From: an uncultured Oscillospiraceae bacterium
Lineage (GTDB): Bacteria; Bacillota; Clostridia; Oscillospirales; Oscillospiraceae
Reading direction: 5' to 3'
Length of the DNA: 64,000 bases
Assembly (NCBI GenBank): GCA_934591705.1
Contig: CAKTPM010000005.1
Coordinates: 972 to 64,971 of the forward strand
Shown: positions 36,601-45,795 of the stretch, in pieces
Layout of the letters: the number at the start of each line of letters is the position of its first letter
Numbering within the stretch: position 1 is the stretch's first letter
The notes under the pieces: model-generated
What the model was told of the DNA's origin: nothing
Databases searched by the model: none
What the model saw: only the letters and a program-made list of their open reading frames with translations
Translations under genes and position numbers: made by a program

Positions 36601-37117
36601 CCAGGTAAAAGTTCCCCTCCCCGAAGATGCGCTGCATCTCCAGGGCATAGTCCCTGGCGCCGTCATAGTCGCCGTTGAGGATGCGCTTGGGTATCTCCCC
36701 CGCCAGGCAGGCGCTGAGGGCGATGAGGCCCCCGCTGTGGGCCCGCAGCAGCTCCAGGTCGATGCGGGGCTTGATGTAAAAGCCCTCCACATAGGCCTGG
36801 GACACCATGTAGGAGAGGTTGCGGTACCCCTCCTCATTTTGGCACAGCAGCACCAGATGCCGGGACTCGGTGTCGAATTCGTGCATCTTGTCGAAGCGGG
36901 TGCGCCGGGCCACATACACCTCGCAGCCGATGACCGGATGGATGCCCTCCGCCTTGCAGGCGCGGTAGAAGTCGATGGCGCCGTACATGGCGCCATGGTC
37001 GGTGATGGCGCAGGCGGTCTGCCCCATCTCGCGGACGCGCCGGGGCAGATCCCGGATGCGGCAGGCGCCGTCCAGGAGACTGTATTCCGTATGGACATGC
37101 AGGTGCGCAAAAGACAT
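33620..37117 (-). CDS. dnaE: DNA polymerase III alpha subunit.
   Basis: 1165 aa. PHP domain (HLHVHTEYSLLDGA), polymerase core and OB domain throughout. Confidence 0.95.
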   Translation of the reverse strand: MSFAHLHVHTEYSLLDGACRIRDLPRRVREMGQTACAITDHGAMYGAIDFYRACKAEGIHPVIGCEVYVARRTRFDKMHEFDTESRHLVLLCQNEEGYRNLSYMVSQAYVEGFYIKPRIDLELLRAHSGGLIALSACLAGEIPKRILNGDYDGARDYALEMQRIFGEGNFYLELQNHGLREQAQVNSALLRMHKETGIPLVCTNDAHYLRKEDAESHDVLLCIQTGKTVDDENRMRYEPQNFYLRSTEEMEQLFSAYPEAVENTQRIADRCQLEFTFGKYHLPEFQLPPGYTSSQYLRKLCEEGFMARYGENGAYHKQLDYELAMIEKMGFTDYFLIVSDFVRYARSAGIPVGPGRGSAAGSMVAYCLHITDIDPMQYDLYFERFLNPERVSMPDIDMDFGDTRRGEVVDYVRRKYGDDHVAQIVTFGTMAARGAIRDVGRVLNMPYADVDTVAKLVPAGPGALHITLDEALKLSKQLRDLYESDEAVKKLIDTAKSLEGMPRHASTHAAGVVITKRPVYEYVPLARNEDSIVCQYNMITLEELGLLKMDFLGLRNLTVLDDAVKMVQKQQPDFRLEDIPMDDRDVFTMLTEGRTCGVFQMESTGMTGVCLGLQPESIEDITAIIALYRPGPMESIPKFIACKHDPKLVSYKHPKLEPILKGTYGCIVYQEQVIRVFQELAGYSLGQADMVRRAMSKKKAKDVAKEREAFLHGDAARNIKGCVANGIPESVAQSIYDEIYDFANYAFNKAHAVSYAVVAYQTAWFKCHYPKEYMAALLTSILDNTDKVAEYIAECRSCRIPLLPPDVNRSFDGFTVEEGGIRFGLVAIKNIGRGFIQSVVRQRELGGPFTSLQDFCRRMGDTKDMNKRAVENLIRAGAFDSMGAHRSQMVQVYEKIMDAIAASQRANVEGQLDFFGMAGGGQRADDVALPDIPEFSATERMFMEKETTGLYLSGHPMSDYRGAARAAGAVSIHSILEDAEQQGGRFSDGQLLTIAGVITVSRTRTTKNNTLMAYVTVEDELASMELLCFSRVIDRCGAYMQVNLPVLVKGRLSLRDDKPPQLMCDYIEPLKKGEEAGDASEASQAAPAGGPETTVYLRIPSVDSREYRQLERVLGMFEGEDTLKLRIADTGRLLGAKCLAHPAFLEECRLWLGEENVVVRKNAVK

Positions 37118-37122
37118 GGTTC

Positions 37123-37572
37123 TTACTCCTGTTCCAGCTCCGCCAGATAATCGCTGAGCATATCCACGGCGGAAACGATGAGGATGGCACAGTGGCCGGT
37201 AACGCCCAATTCCCGGGCAAGGTCGGTGGGCTGCAGGTCATGGTCCTGCAAAAGCTCCCGGCAGTTTAAGTGGGTAAAGCGCCGGGTAAACCGGCGCTGG
37301 AGCTCCTGGGTCCGGAGGGTAGACGCCTTTTTCCCGGCAGCGCCGTTCTCGGCATTGTGGGGATAGCGCATGCCCAGCGCCATTACCGCGCCGCTGACGG
37401 CGCCGCAGATGCCGCCGCAGCGCACGCCGCCGCCGAAGCCGGTGGCGATACCGCAGCTCTGCGGCTCACTCAGGCCGGTGACATCGGCGAAGGATAAAAG
37501 CATGCACTGGGCACAGTTGAGGCCCTGTTCATGGGCCTTGAGGGCGATAAGCGCCCGTTCTTTTTTAGTCAT
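37123..37572 (-). CDS. C_GCAxxG_C_C family redox protein.
   Basis: LNCAQCMLL ... GFGGGVRCGGICGAVSGAV motif. 150 aa. Confidence 0.75.
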   Translation of the reverse strand: MTKKERALIALKAHEQGLNCAQCMLLSFADVTGLSEPQSCGIATGFGGGVRCGGICGAVSGAVMALGMRYPHNAENGAAGKKASTLRTQELQRRFTRRFTHLNCRELLQDHDLQPTDLARELGVTGHCAILIVSAVDMLSDYLAELEQE

Positions 37573-38474
37573 GGCTCGACCTCCTCGGATATTTCCACAA
37601 GTTTTCGTAATCTGTGATTCAAGCAGGATTTGCTCAGGGGCGGGGTATGCTTGTCCGCCAGCTGCTGCAGAGAGAGCTCCGGGTTCTCCCTGCGGAGCCG
37701 GGCCGTCTGCCGCAGCTTCTCCGGCAGGGTCTCCCACCTTCCCGCCCGGTGCAGCCGCTCGATGGCCTCCAGCTGGACCTCGGCGGCGGAAACGGTTTTG
37801 TTCACATTGGCCATGTCGCAGTTCATGGCCCGGTTGGCGCCGTTGCGGATGGACTTGTCCACCTTGGCGGTCATGATGTCCATGGCGGCTACCGGCGCGC
37901 CGATGGCCGTCAGGAAGTCCTCGATATGCTCGGACTGCTTGAAGTAGATGACGCTGCTGCCCGCCCTCTGCACGCTCCGGGGCAGAAAGCCGCACTCCTC
38001 CAGCAGCGTGGAGACCTCCCGGCTGGCCTGGATATGATTGGTGGCCAGCTCCAGGTGATAGCGCTTCTCCGGGTCGGTGACGCTGCCGCCGGCTAAAAAG
38101 GCCCCCCGCAAAAAGGACATGCGGCAGCAGTCCTCCTCCAGGATCCCGAAGTTCACATGCATTACCACGCTCTGGCGGTGGTCGTAGCCCAGGGCAGCAA
38201 TGAGCTTCTCCATCTTCTGGGGATCCGTGATCTGAAAGATCAGCTTGCCGGGCGCGTCCGGCTCCGGCAGGCGGTCAAAGCGGATGCCGAAGGCCCGCTG
38301 GAAAAGACGGGGCAGGCGGCCTGCCAGGTCGCCGCTCTCCGTGATGATGCGCACCTCATCCACATGGAAGGTGTTGCAATAGAGCAAAATACCGTAGCAC
38401 TCCGCCCGGGCGCAGCACAGCCGCTGCACCGGTGTCCGGCAAAGCTCCGCTCTTACATGAGACGCAAAGGACAT
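37569..38474 (-). CDS. whiA: Sporulation/cell-division transcription regulator WhiA.
   Basis: 301 aa. N-terminal LAGLIDADG-like repeats and C-terminal HTH (KLRQTARLRRENPELSLQQLADKH). Confidence 0.9.
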   Translation of the reverse strand: MSFASHVRAELCRTPVQRLCCARAECYGILLYCNTFHVDEVRIITESGDLAGRLPRLFQRAFGIRFDRLPEPDAPGKLIFQITDPQKMEKLIAALGYDHRQSVVMHVNFGILEEDCCRMSFLRGAFLAGGSVTDPEKRYHLELATNHIQASREVSTLLEECGFLPRSVQRAGSSVIYFKQSEHIEDFLTAIGAPVAAMDIMTAKVDKSIRNGANRAMNCDMANVNKTVSAAEVQLEAIERLHRAGRWETLPEKLRQTARLRRENPELSLQQLADKHTPPLSKSCLNHRLRKLVEISEEVEP

Positions 38475-38492
38475 GCCCTGCCCTCCTTTTTC

Positions 38493-39347
38493 TTATCTTG
38501 CCATGTCCCGGTGGCTGAGAGTCACCGGGCAGCCCGCGCCCTGCAGGCGGCGGAAGAGCTCCTCGGCCACCGCCACGCTGCGGTGGCGCCCGCCGGTGCA
38601 GCCGATGCCGATGACCAGCACGGACTTGCCCTCCCGGCGATAGCAGGGCAGCAGAAAGCCCAGAAGCTCCTCCAGCTTGTCGGCGAATTTCTCCGCCTCC
38701 GGACCGGCGAACACATAGTCCCGCACGGCCTTGTCCGTGCCGTTTTTCTCCTTGAGCTCCGGCACATAGTAGGGGTTGGGCAAAAAGCGTACATCGAAGA
38801 CCAGATCGGCCTCCTGGGGAATGCCGTATTTATAGCCGAAGGAGGCGATCACCACGCTCATGCCCTGCTGGTCTCCGGCGCCGCCGAAGAGCTCGATCAC
38901 GGCGCTGCGGAGCTTGGCCACGGAGTAGCCCGAGGTGTCAAGCACGATGTCCGCCTGCCGGCGGATGGGGGCGAGTATCCGCCGCTCCCGGGCGATGGCG
39001 TCCTCCATGGAGTCAGCCAGTGCCGCCAGCGGATGGGTCCGGCGGGTCTCCTTATAGCGGCTGATGAGCGTTTTGGTATCGCTCTCCAAAAAAAGCAGGC
39101 GGCAGCCCCCTGCCCGGCGGATGGCCGCAAGGGCCTCCGGCAGCTTTTCCGGCGGCTCGTTGGCCCGGATATCGTATACCATGGCCACCCTGTCATAGCG
39201 GTTTCCCATGGCGCAGCAGAAGTCGGCGAATTTCGCCATCATCTCCGCCGGGAGATTATCCACGATATAGTAGCCCATATCCTCCAGCACCGCGGCGGCG
39301 CGGCTCTTGCCACTGCCGCTGAGGCCGGAAATGATCAGAAATTCCAT
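38493..39347 (-). CDS. rapZ: RNase adapter protein RapZ (YvcJ).
   Basis: Start MEFLIISGLSGSGKS (P-loop). 285 aa. Confidence 0.9.
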   Translation of the reverse strand: MEFLIISGLSGSGKSRAAAVLEDMGYYIVDNLPAEMMAKFADFCCAMGNRYDRVAMVYDIRANEPPEKLPEALAAIRRAGGCRLLFLESDTKTLISRYKETRRTHPLAALADSMEDAIARERRILAPIRRQADIVLDTSGYSVAKLRSAVIELFGGAGDQQGMSVVIASFGYKYGIPQEADLVFDVRFLPNPYYVPELKEKNGTDKAVRDYVFAGPEAEKFADKLEELLGFLLPCYRREGKSVLVIGIGCTGGRHRSVAVAEELFRRLQGAGCPVTLSHRDMAR

Positions 39348-39349
39348 GC

Positions 39350-40270
39350 TCAGCCCTCCACCAGGCGCACCTCCGGCTCCAGAAGGACGCCGCTTTCCTG
39401 CAGCACCCGCTCCCGGACCTGCCGGATGAGCTCCCGGACATCCGCCGCCGCGGCGCCGCCGGTATTCACCACGAAGCCCGCGTGCTTGCACGAGACCTGG
39501 GCCCCGCCCACGGCCAGGCCCTTGCAGCCCGCCGCCTCGATGAGCCGGCCGGCAAAGTCCCCCTGGGGGCGCTTGAAGGTGCTGCCCGCGCTGGGAAGCT
39601 CCAACGGCTGTGAGGCCTTTCTCCTTGCCATCAGCTCGTCCATCTCTTTTCGTATCTCCTCCGGGTCGCCGGGCTGCAGGGTCAGCTTCACCCCCAGCAC
39701 CACCGCCTCCGGATGGTCCGTCAGCAGGCTGCGGCGGTAGGAAAAGGCCATTTCCTCCCCGGTGAGGGTCTTGACGCCCTCCTCCGGGAAGAGCACCGTG
39801 ACGGCGCTGACCACATTTTTCATCTCGCCGCCGTAGGCCCCGGCGTTCATCACGATGCCGCCGCCCACGCTGCCGGGGATGCCGTGGGCAAAGGCCAGGC
39901 CCGCAAGGCCCTTTTTCTGCGCAAAAACGGCGACATTGGCAAGTGAGGCGCCGCATTCCGCCGTGATCTCGTTTTCATCCGCGCCCTGTGCCACCCCGGT
40001 CATATCCCGGGTGCAGATCACCAGGCGCTCCAAGCCCTCATCGGGGAAAAGCACATTGGTGCCGTTGCCCAGCAAAAAGGGCCGGGCTCCTAATTCTAGC
40101 GCCCGGGCCAGCAGCAGCACCAGCTCCTCCCCGCTGCGGGGAAGGGCCATGCGCCGGGCCGGGCCGCCGATGCGGAAGGACGAATGGCGGCTCAGGGGCT
40201 CCTCCCGCAAAAGCCGCATATCCGGCAGATAGTCCTGCGCCCAATTATCCAATTCCTTTATCCAGGACAT
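39350..40270 (-). CDS. murB: UDP-N-acetylenolpyruvoylglucosamine reductase.
   Basis: FAD-binding FRIGGPA and C-terminal MurB domain. RBS GGGGGGAGG before the ATG (MSWIKEL). Confidence 0.9.
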   Translation of the reverse strand: MSWIKELDNWAQDYLPDMRLLREEPLSRHSSFRIGGPARRMALPRSGEELVLLLARALELGARPFLLGNGTNVLFPDEGLERLVICTRDMTGVAQGADENEITAECGASLANVAVFAQKKGLAGLAFAHGIPGSVGGGIVMNAGAYGGEMKNVVSAVTVLFPEEGVKTLTGEEMAFSYRRSLLTDHPEAVVLGVKLTLQPGDPEEIRKEMDELMARRKASQPLELPSAGSTFKRPQGDFAGRLIEAAGCKGLAVGGAQVSCKHAGFVVNTGGAAAADVRELIRQVRERVLQESGVLLEPEVRLVEG

Positions 40271-40286
40271 AATACCTCCCCCCAAA

Positions 40287-41264
40287 TCAAAGCCCCGCGG
40301 TGCTCTGCCGCTTTTTCTTACCCAGAAGGGCCGCGCCCAGCATACCGGCGTCAGTGCCCAGCTCCGCCTTTACGATGCGGGTGCGCTTCGTCGCCTGGCA
40401 GGGGATGCTCTCCCGGGCCACCCGCTCCCGCAGGGGCAGCAGCAGCTGGGCGTCCTCCTCATTGCTGACGCCGCCGCCGATGGCCAGGGTGTCCGGTTGG
40501 AAGATGTTCACCAGGTTCACGATGCCCGCCGTCAGGTAGTCCAGATAGTCCGCGCACACCTGCTTGCCCACCGGGCACCCGGCCCGGGCCGCCATAAAGG
40601 CGGACTGGCCGGAGACATGGTGGTCGTTCTCGGCGATGATCCCGGCCATGATGCTCTCGGGGTTTTCCTCCAAATAGCGGGTGGTCAGGCGCTTGAGGGC
40701 GCTGGCGGAGGCATAGCGCTCCCAGCAGCCCCGGCGTCCGCAGGGACAGGGCTCGCCATTCAGGGCGATGGACATGTGCCCTACCTCGCCGGCCATGCCG
40801 TTGGAGCCGTGGAAGATCTTGCCGTTGTGGATGATGCCGCCGCCGATGCCGGTGCCCAGCGTCACGGTGACGAACCGCTTGCTCCGGCGGCCGGCGCCCA
40901 GGTGATACTCCGCCAGGGCGGCGCAGTTGGCGTCGTTCTCCAGATAGAGTGGCAGTGCGGAATAGCGGTGGAACATCCGCCGCAGGGGCACATTGCGCAG
41001 GGGCAGGTTGCAGGTATAGAGGATGCTGCCGCTGCGTATCTCCACGGCGCCGGGGCAGCCCACTCCCACGGAGGCGATGTCCTCCGGGGCGCACCCTGCC
41101 TCCGCGCACATGGCCATGCACAGCTCGTAGATGATCCGGGCCAGCATGACGGCGTCCGCGATCTCCGCCACCTTCATTTTTTTGGTGGCCAGCACCTCGC
41201 CCCGCTCGGAGACGAGTCCGGCCTTCAGGTTGGTCCCACCGATATCGATCCCTACATACATCAT
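40287..41264 (-). CDS. glcK: ROK-family glucokinase.
   Basis: GIDIGGTNLKAGL N-terminus. ROK signature with CxCGxxGCxE (CPCGRRGCWE). Confidence 0.85.
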   Translation of the reverse strand: MMYVGIDIGGTNLKAGLVSERGEVLATKKMKVAEIADAVMLARIIYELCMAMCAEAGCAPEDIASVGVGCPGAVEIRSGSILYTCNLPLRNVPLRRMFHRYSALPLYLENDANCAALAEYHLGAGRRSKRFVTVTLGTGIGGGIIHNGKIFHGSNGMAGEVGHMSIALNGEPCPCGRRGCWERYASASALKRLTTRYLEENPESIMAGIIAENDHHVSGQSAFMAARAGCPVGKQVCADYLDYLTAGIVNLVNIFQPDTLAIGGGVSNEEDAQLLLPLRERVARESIPCQATKRTRIVKAELGTDAGMLGAALLGKKKRQSTAGL

Positions 41265-42220
41265 GCCTCCGCAGAGCCCTCCTTCGTCATGGCGTCGATC
41301 CGCGCGTCAAACTGCTGGGCAAAGTCCATGCCGGAGTTGACATGGTAGCGCATCTGGCGGTTTTTCATGGTGGCGATCTCCACGATGCCGGCCAGGTTCC
41401 GGCCCGGCCGCACGGGTATGGTCATAAAGGGCAGCGGCACATCCAGGATGGTGTGCTTCTCCTCCCCCAGGCCCAGGCGGTCATAGAACTTGCCGTCCTG
41501 CCACTGCTCCAATTGGATCACAAGGTCGATCTCCGTTTCAAACTGCACGGCGCCCATGCCGAAGAGCTGCTTGACATCGATGACGCCGATGCCACGGATC
41601 TCGATATAATGGCGGATCAGCTCCGGCGCCGTGCCGTAGATGCTGTCAGACACCCGCCAGATATCCACGGCATCGTCTGCCACCAGCCGGTGGCCCCGCT
41701 TTAGGAGCTCAATGGCCGTCTCGCTCTTGCCCACGCCGCTGTCGCCCAGCAGCAGAACGCCCTGGCCGTAGATGTTCATCAGAACGCCGTGGCGGGTGAT
41801 CTGGGGCGCCAGGGCCCGGTTGAGGTAGTCGATGGCCTGGGAGGTGACGGAGACGGTGTCCAGCCCCGTGCGCAGCACCGTGCGGTCGTGCTTCCGGGCC
41901 GACTCCAACAGCTCGGGAAACACGCCCATGTTCCGGGCCACGATCAGGGCCGGGATGTGGTAGGTGAAAAAGCGGTCAAAGACCTCCCGGCGCTCATGCT
42001 CCGTCATCCGCTGCAGAAACTGCATCTCCGCCATGCCCAGCACCTGCAGGCGCTTTTCATCGAAGTAGTCGAAAAAGCCCACCAGCTGCAGGGCGGGGCG
42101 GTTCAGATCCGCCACCGAGATCACGGTCTCGTCGTATTTTGTGCTGCGGTACAGCACCTCCAGCCCGCAGGCGGCGACCAATGCGCTCAGCTTGGCCGGT
42201 GTGCGTCTTACTTTCTCCAT
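41261..42220 (-). CDS. hprK: HPr kinase/phosphorylase.
   Basis: Walker A GDSGVGKSE. 319 aa. Confidence 0.9.
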   Translation of the reverse strand: MEKVRRTPAKLSALVAACGLEVLYRSTKYDETVISVADLNRPALQLVGFFDYFDEKRLQVLGMAEMQFLQRMTEHERREVFDRFFTYHIPALIVARNMGVFPELLESARKHDRTVLRTGLDTVSVTSQAIDYLNRALAPQITRHGVLMNIYGQGVLLLGDSGVGKSETAIELLKRGHRLVADDAVDIWRVSDSIYGTAPELIRHYIEIRGIGVIDVKQLFGMGAVQFETEIDLVIQLEQWQDGKFYDRLGLGEEKHTILDVPLPFMTIPVRPGRNLAGIVEIATMKNRQMRYHVNSGMDFAQQFDARIDAMTKEGSAEA

Positions 42221-42350
42221 GGTGTCCTCGCTCTCCCGCAGGGCCTGCGCCCCACCGTCTTTGGAATATACTCTTTTATTATACTATACCCCTTCGCCTT
42301 TCGCAACTTGAACGGTGCAGAAATTTTTTTGATTTTTTGTCAAATAATGC

Positions 42351-42379
42351 TTGCATTTTATTGTTACTTCTGCTATTAT
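42351..42379 (+). promoter_or_regulatory. Sigma-A-type promoter TTGCAT-17-TATTAT for rpmB. A divergent hprK promoter (TTGCGA-17-TATAAT on the minus strand near 42265-42295) shares the intergenic region.
   Basis: Hexamers seen directly in the sequence. The 5' UTR contains the palindrome TGCTTGCGATGCAAGCA. Confidence 0.4.
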
Positions 42380-42440
42380 TTCTTTTGCTTGCGATGCAAG
42401 CATAGTTTTTTGATGTTACAACAGCAAGGAGGTGCAACGG

Positions 42441-42629
42441 ATGGCTAAATGCGAATTTTGCGACAAGGGCGTGACCTTCGGCATCAAGGTTTCCCACTCT
42501 CACAGACGCTCCAATCGTCCCTGGAAGCCCAATGTCAAGCGTGTCAAGGCCCTGATCAATGGTACGCCTCGCCATGTATATGTTTGTACCCGGTGCCTGC
42601 GTTCCGGTAAAGTTACCCGCGCGATTTGA
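42441..42629 (+). CDS. rpmB: 50S ribosomal protein L28.
   Basis: MAKCEFCDKGVTFGIKVSHSHRRSNRPWKPN. RBS AAGGAGG. Confidence 0.9.
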   Translation: MAKCEFCDKGVTFGIKVSHSHRRSNRPWKPNVKRVKALINGTPRHVYVCTRCLRSGKVTRAI

Positions 42630-42644
42630 TAATAACATATGCTG

Positions 42645-42683
42645 TGCAAAAAGCTCTGTGGATTTTTCCACAGAGCTTTTTTC
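42645..42683. terminator. Bidirectional intrinsic terminator AAGCTCTGTGGAtttttCCACAGAGCTT flanked by A- and T-runs.
   Basis: Perfect 12-bp stem with TTTTTTC downstream on the + strand and an A-run upstream. Lies between the convergent rpmB and DUF2500 genes. Confidence 0.75.
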
Positions 42684-42700
42684 TATGCGCTTTTTCCTGC

Positions 42701-43156
42701 TTACCGCTCGGGGTCCCAATTCGCCTTTTTCCGGGTGCAAGCCCCTGCCGGCGGCTCCTCCGCCGGGCCCTCATAGGCCCGGCTTCCCTGCCTGTCAAAG
42801 CCCAGGTAACGGGTGCCCTGGAAGGTCAGCTCGCCGCTGTCGCCCTCCGCCAGCAGGCCGTATTCGCTGCCGCTCAGGCGCAGCTCCAGCCGCTCGCCGT
42901 TCTGAAGCTGAAAGGTCACATAGTAGGCGGTGGAGGTGGTGATATGCATCCCCCGGGCGCCGCCGCTGTGGTGGTGATGCACGCTGGTATTCTGCCGCTT
43001 GGCAACCACCACAGCCGCCGCCGTCAGCCGGGGCGCTTTGTTGTTTCTGTGCCATGCGGCGACGCCCCGCACCGCCATGACGGCAAAGGCCGCGGCCACT
43101 ATGCCGAAGATCAGATAGCATGCCCTCGTCACGAAAAGGCCGGTTTCGAATCCCAT
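42701..43156 (-). CDS. DUF2500 family membrane protein.
   Basis: N-terminal TM. YYVTFQLQNGERLELRLSGSEYGLLAEGDSGELTFQGTRYLGFDR matches the DUF2500 pattern. Confidence 0.65.
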   Translation of the reverse strand: MGFETGLFVTRACYLIFGIVAAAFAVMAVRGVAAWHRNNKAPRLTAAAVVVAKRQNTSVHHHHSGGARGMHITTSTAYYVTFQLQNGERLELRLSGSEYGLLAEGDSGELTFQGTRYLGFDRQGSRAYEGPAEEPPAGACTRKKANWDPER

Positions 43157-43187
43157 ACTGTGCCTCCCTTCTTCTATATGCTTCTTT

Positions 43188-45623
43188 TTACTTCACCGTC
43201 AAATGCTTCGCCGCGGCCTTGAGCATCAGCTTCTTTACGCCCACGCCGTCAAAGGCGATCTCGATGAGGGCGTCGCCGCCCATGGGCCGCACGGAGAGCA
43301 CCATGCCCTTGCCGAAGGCGCTGTGGGTCACGCTCTGCCCCGGCTGGATGTCGGGCAGCGGGGTCTCGGCAGCCGCCGGTGCCCTGCGGGCGGAGGCCGC
43401 CGCGGACCGGGCCGTACCGGGCCGCCGGCGCTCTGCCTGGATGTCGATGCTCCGGGCGTAGCCGCCGTCCTGGATATAGTCGTCGCTCCAGTGGCGCTCC
43501 GGACGGGGCTCGGGCTTCCCCAGCCACTCCATACACGCCTCCGGTATCTCGCTTAAAAACCGGGAGGGCATGTTGGGAGTGGTGCGGCCGAAGAGCATCC
43601 GCTGCCGGGCATTGGTCATGGTGAGCTTTTTCATGGCCCGGGTCATGGCCACATAGCACAGCCGCCGCTCCTCCTCCATCTCCTCTTCCTCCGCCATGGC
43701 GCGATTGCCGGGAAAGACCCCCTCCTCCATGCCGGAGACGAAGACCTGGGGGAACTCCAGGCCCTTGGCACTGTGGACGGTCATCATCACCACGCAGTTG
43801 TCCCCTGCCGCGGCGTCGTCCAGATCCGTATAGAGGGCCACCTCGTCCAGGAATCCGGCAAGCGTCGGATCCTCCGGGTCGTTGTCCAGAAAGGCGTGGA
43901 TGCTGGAGCTGAGCTCCTCCACATTCTCCAGCCGCCCCCGGGACTCCAGATCGTCCTTCTCCTTCAGCATGGCGGTGTAGCCGGTCTTTTCGCAGACCTT
44001 TTCATAGTAGCCCACCAGGTCGCTGTTATCCAGCTCCGCCTGCAGTTGTGCGATAAGGGCTGCAAAGGATTCCATCTTTACAGCAGCGCTCTTCAGCTCC
44101 GGGTAGCTGCCGGCATTTTTCACCACCTCGAAGAGGGAGCTCCCCTCCTCGGCGGCGATGAGCTGGGCCTTGTCCACGGAGGTCTGGCCGATCTTTCGGG
44201 CCGGGACATTGATGATGCGCCGCAGACGCAGATCGTCGGCGGGATTGTTGATGACGCACAGATAGGCCAGCATATCCTTGACCTCGGCCCGGTCGAAGTA
44301 TTTCATCCCGCCGAAGATCTTATAGGGAACGCCGTTGCGCTTGAAGGCGTATTCCAGGGCGTTGGACTGGGCGTTCATGCGGTAGAGCACCGCGTGATCC
44401 CTCCAGCTTGCCCCTCGGTTGTAGCTCATCATGATCTGGCCTACGATGTAGTTTGCCTCGTCACTCTCATTGAAGCAGGTCTTCACCGTCACAAGCTCCC
44501 CGGCGCCGTTGTCCGTCCAGAGGGTCTTGCCCTTGCGGCCCCGGTTGTTGCGGATCACCGCGTTGGCGGCGTCCAAGATGTGCTGGGTGCTGCGGTAGTT
44601 CTGCTCCAGACGGATGGTCCGGGCATGGCGGTAGTCCTTTTCAAAGCCCAGGATGTTCTCGATATTCGCCCCCCGGAAGCGGTAGATGCTCTGGTCGTCA
44701 TCGCCCACCACGCAGATGTTCTCATACTCCCCTGCCAGCAGGTGGGCCAGCAGGTATTGCAGGTGGTTGGTATCCTGGTACTCGTCAATGAGCACATAGC
44801 GGAACCGGTGCTGATAGTAGGCCAGGGTCTCGGGGCTGCTCTGCAGCAGGCGCACCGTGTGCAGGATGATGTCGTCAAAGTCCAGGGCGTTGGCGTCCCA
44901 GAGCTTTTTATTGTAAAGTGCATATACTTTACCGATCCGCTGCCTGCGCCAATCCCCCATGGTGTCCGCCTGCTTTTGATAGGCGGATGGGTCCACCATA
45001 GCGTCCTTGGCGTTGGAGATGGCGGAGAGCACCTCCCGGGGCGGAAAGGTCTTTTCCTCCAGGGACAGCTCCTTGAGGCAGTCCTTGATGAGGCGCTTGG
45101 CATCGTCGGTATCGTAGATGGTGAAATCCCGGGACAGGCCAAGCTTATCGATGTCCCGCCGCAGGATGCGCACGCAGGCGCTGTGGAAGGTGCAGGCCCA
45201 CACATCCCGGGAGACCGCCGGGCCGAGCATGCGCTCCAGGCGCTCCTTGAGCTCGTTGGCCGCCTTGTTGGTAAAGGTGATGGCCAGTATCTCCCAGGGC
45301 CGGGCGGGCTCCACCGCGCAGAGATATTCCATCAGCGGACGCATCTCCTCCCGGGGACTTTGGGCGTACTGCTCCAGCAGCTCCGCGGCATCCTCGCTGA
45401 CAGGGACCGTCAGCTCCTCCGTGTCGCTCCCCCGGCCGAAGCGCAGGAGGTTGGCAATGCGGTGGATGAGCACCGTGGTCTTGCCGGAGCCGGCGCCCGC
45501 CAGCAGCAGAAGCGGCCCCTGGGTGGCCAAAACCCCCTGCCGCTGCATGGGATTCAGGTTTTTATATTCTGCGGCAATGGCCGCCGTTCTCGCCTCTATA
45601 AATCTTTTTTCCAATTCCGTCAT
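43188..45623 (-). CDS. pcrA: ATP-dependent DNA helicase PcrA/UvrD.
   Basis: Start MTELEKRFIEARTAAIAAEYKNLNPMQRQGV. Walker A GAGSGKTTVL. UvrD helicase motifs throughout. Confidence 0.9.
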   Translation of the reverse strand: MTELEKRFIEARTAAIAAEYKNLNPMQRQGVLATQGPLLLLAGAGSGKTTVLIHRIANLLRFGRGSDTEELTVPVSEDAAELLEQYAQSPREEMRPLMEYLCAVEPARPWEILAITFTNKAANELKERLERMLGPAVSRDVWACTFHSACVRILRRDIDKLGLSRDFTIYDTDDAKRLIKDCLKELSLEEKTFPPREVLSAISNAKDAMVDPSAYQKQADTMGDWRRQRIGKVYALYNKKLWDANALDFDDIILHTVRLLQSSPETLAYYQHRFRYVLIDEYQDTNHLQYLLAHLLAGEYENICVVGDDDQSIYRFRGANIENILGFEKDYRHARTIRLEQNYRSTQHILDAANAVIRNNRGRKGKTLWTDNGAGELVTVKTCFNESDEANYIVGQIMMSYNRGASWRDHAVLYRMNAQSNALEYAFKRNGVPYKIFGGMKYFDRAEVKDMLAYLCVINNPADDLRLRRIINVPARKIGQTSVDKAQLIAAEEGSSLFEVVKNAGSYPELKSAAVKMESFAALIAQLQAELDNSDLVGYYEKVCEKTGYTAMLKEKDDLESRGRLENVEELSSSIHAFLDNDPEDPTLAGFLDEVALYTDLDDAAAGDNCVVMMTVHSAKGLEFPQVFVSGMEEGVFPGNRAMAEEEEMEEERRLCYVAMTRAMKKLTMTNARQRMLFGRTTPNMPSRFLSEIPEACMEWLGKPEPRPERHWSDDYIQDGGYARSIDIQAERRRPGTARSAAASARRAPAAAETPLPDIQPGQSVTHSAFGKGMVLSVRPMGGDALIEIAFDGVGVKKLMLKAAAKHLTVK

Positions 45624-45726
45624 GGTGATGTCCTCTACAAATTGTGGTCTTGCTTTCATTTTAATACAAAATCCTGCGCAGGTCAACACAGTTTGCAGAA
45701 ATTCGCATTTTTGTTCTATTTTTTTA

Positions 45727-45780
45727 TTGACAAGAACGCTCGTTCGATATATAATGACAGCATAAATAGAACGCTTGTTT
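45727..45780 (+). promoter_or_regulatory. Consensus promoter TTGACA-17-TATAAT with an embedded LexA (Cheo-type) SOS box AGAACGCTCGTTCG, plus a second half-site-like AGAACGCTTGTTT.
   Basis: The Gram-positive LexA box consensus is CGAACRNRYGTTCG. The box occupies the spacer between -35 (45727-45732) and -10 (45750-45755). The second box sits near the predicted transcript start. Confidence 0.6.
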
Positions 45781-45795
45781 TTAGGAGGTCATATC

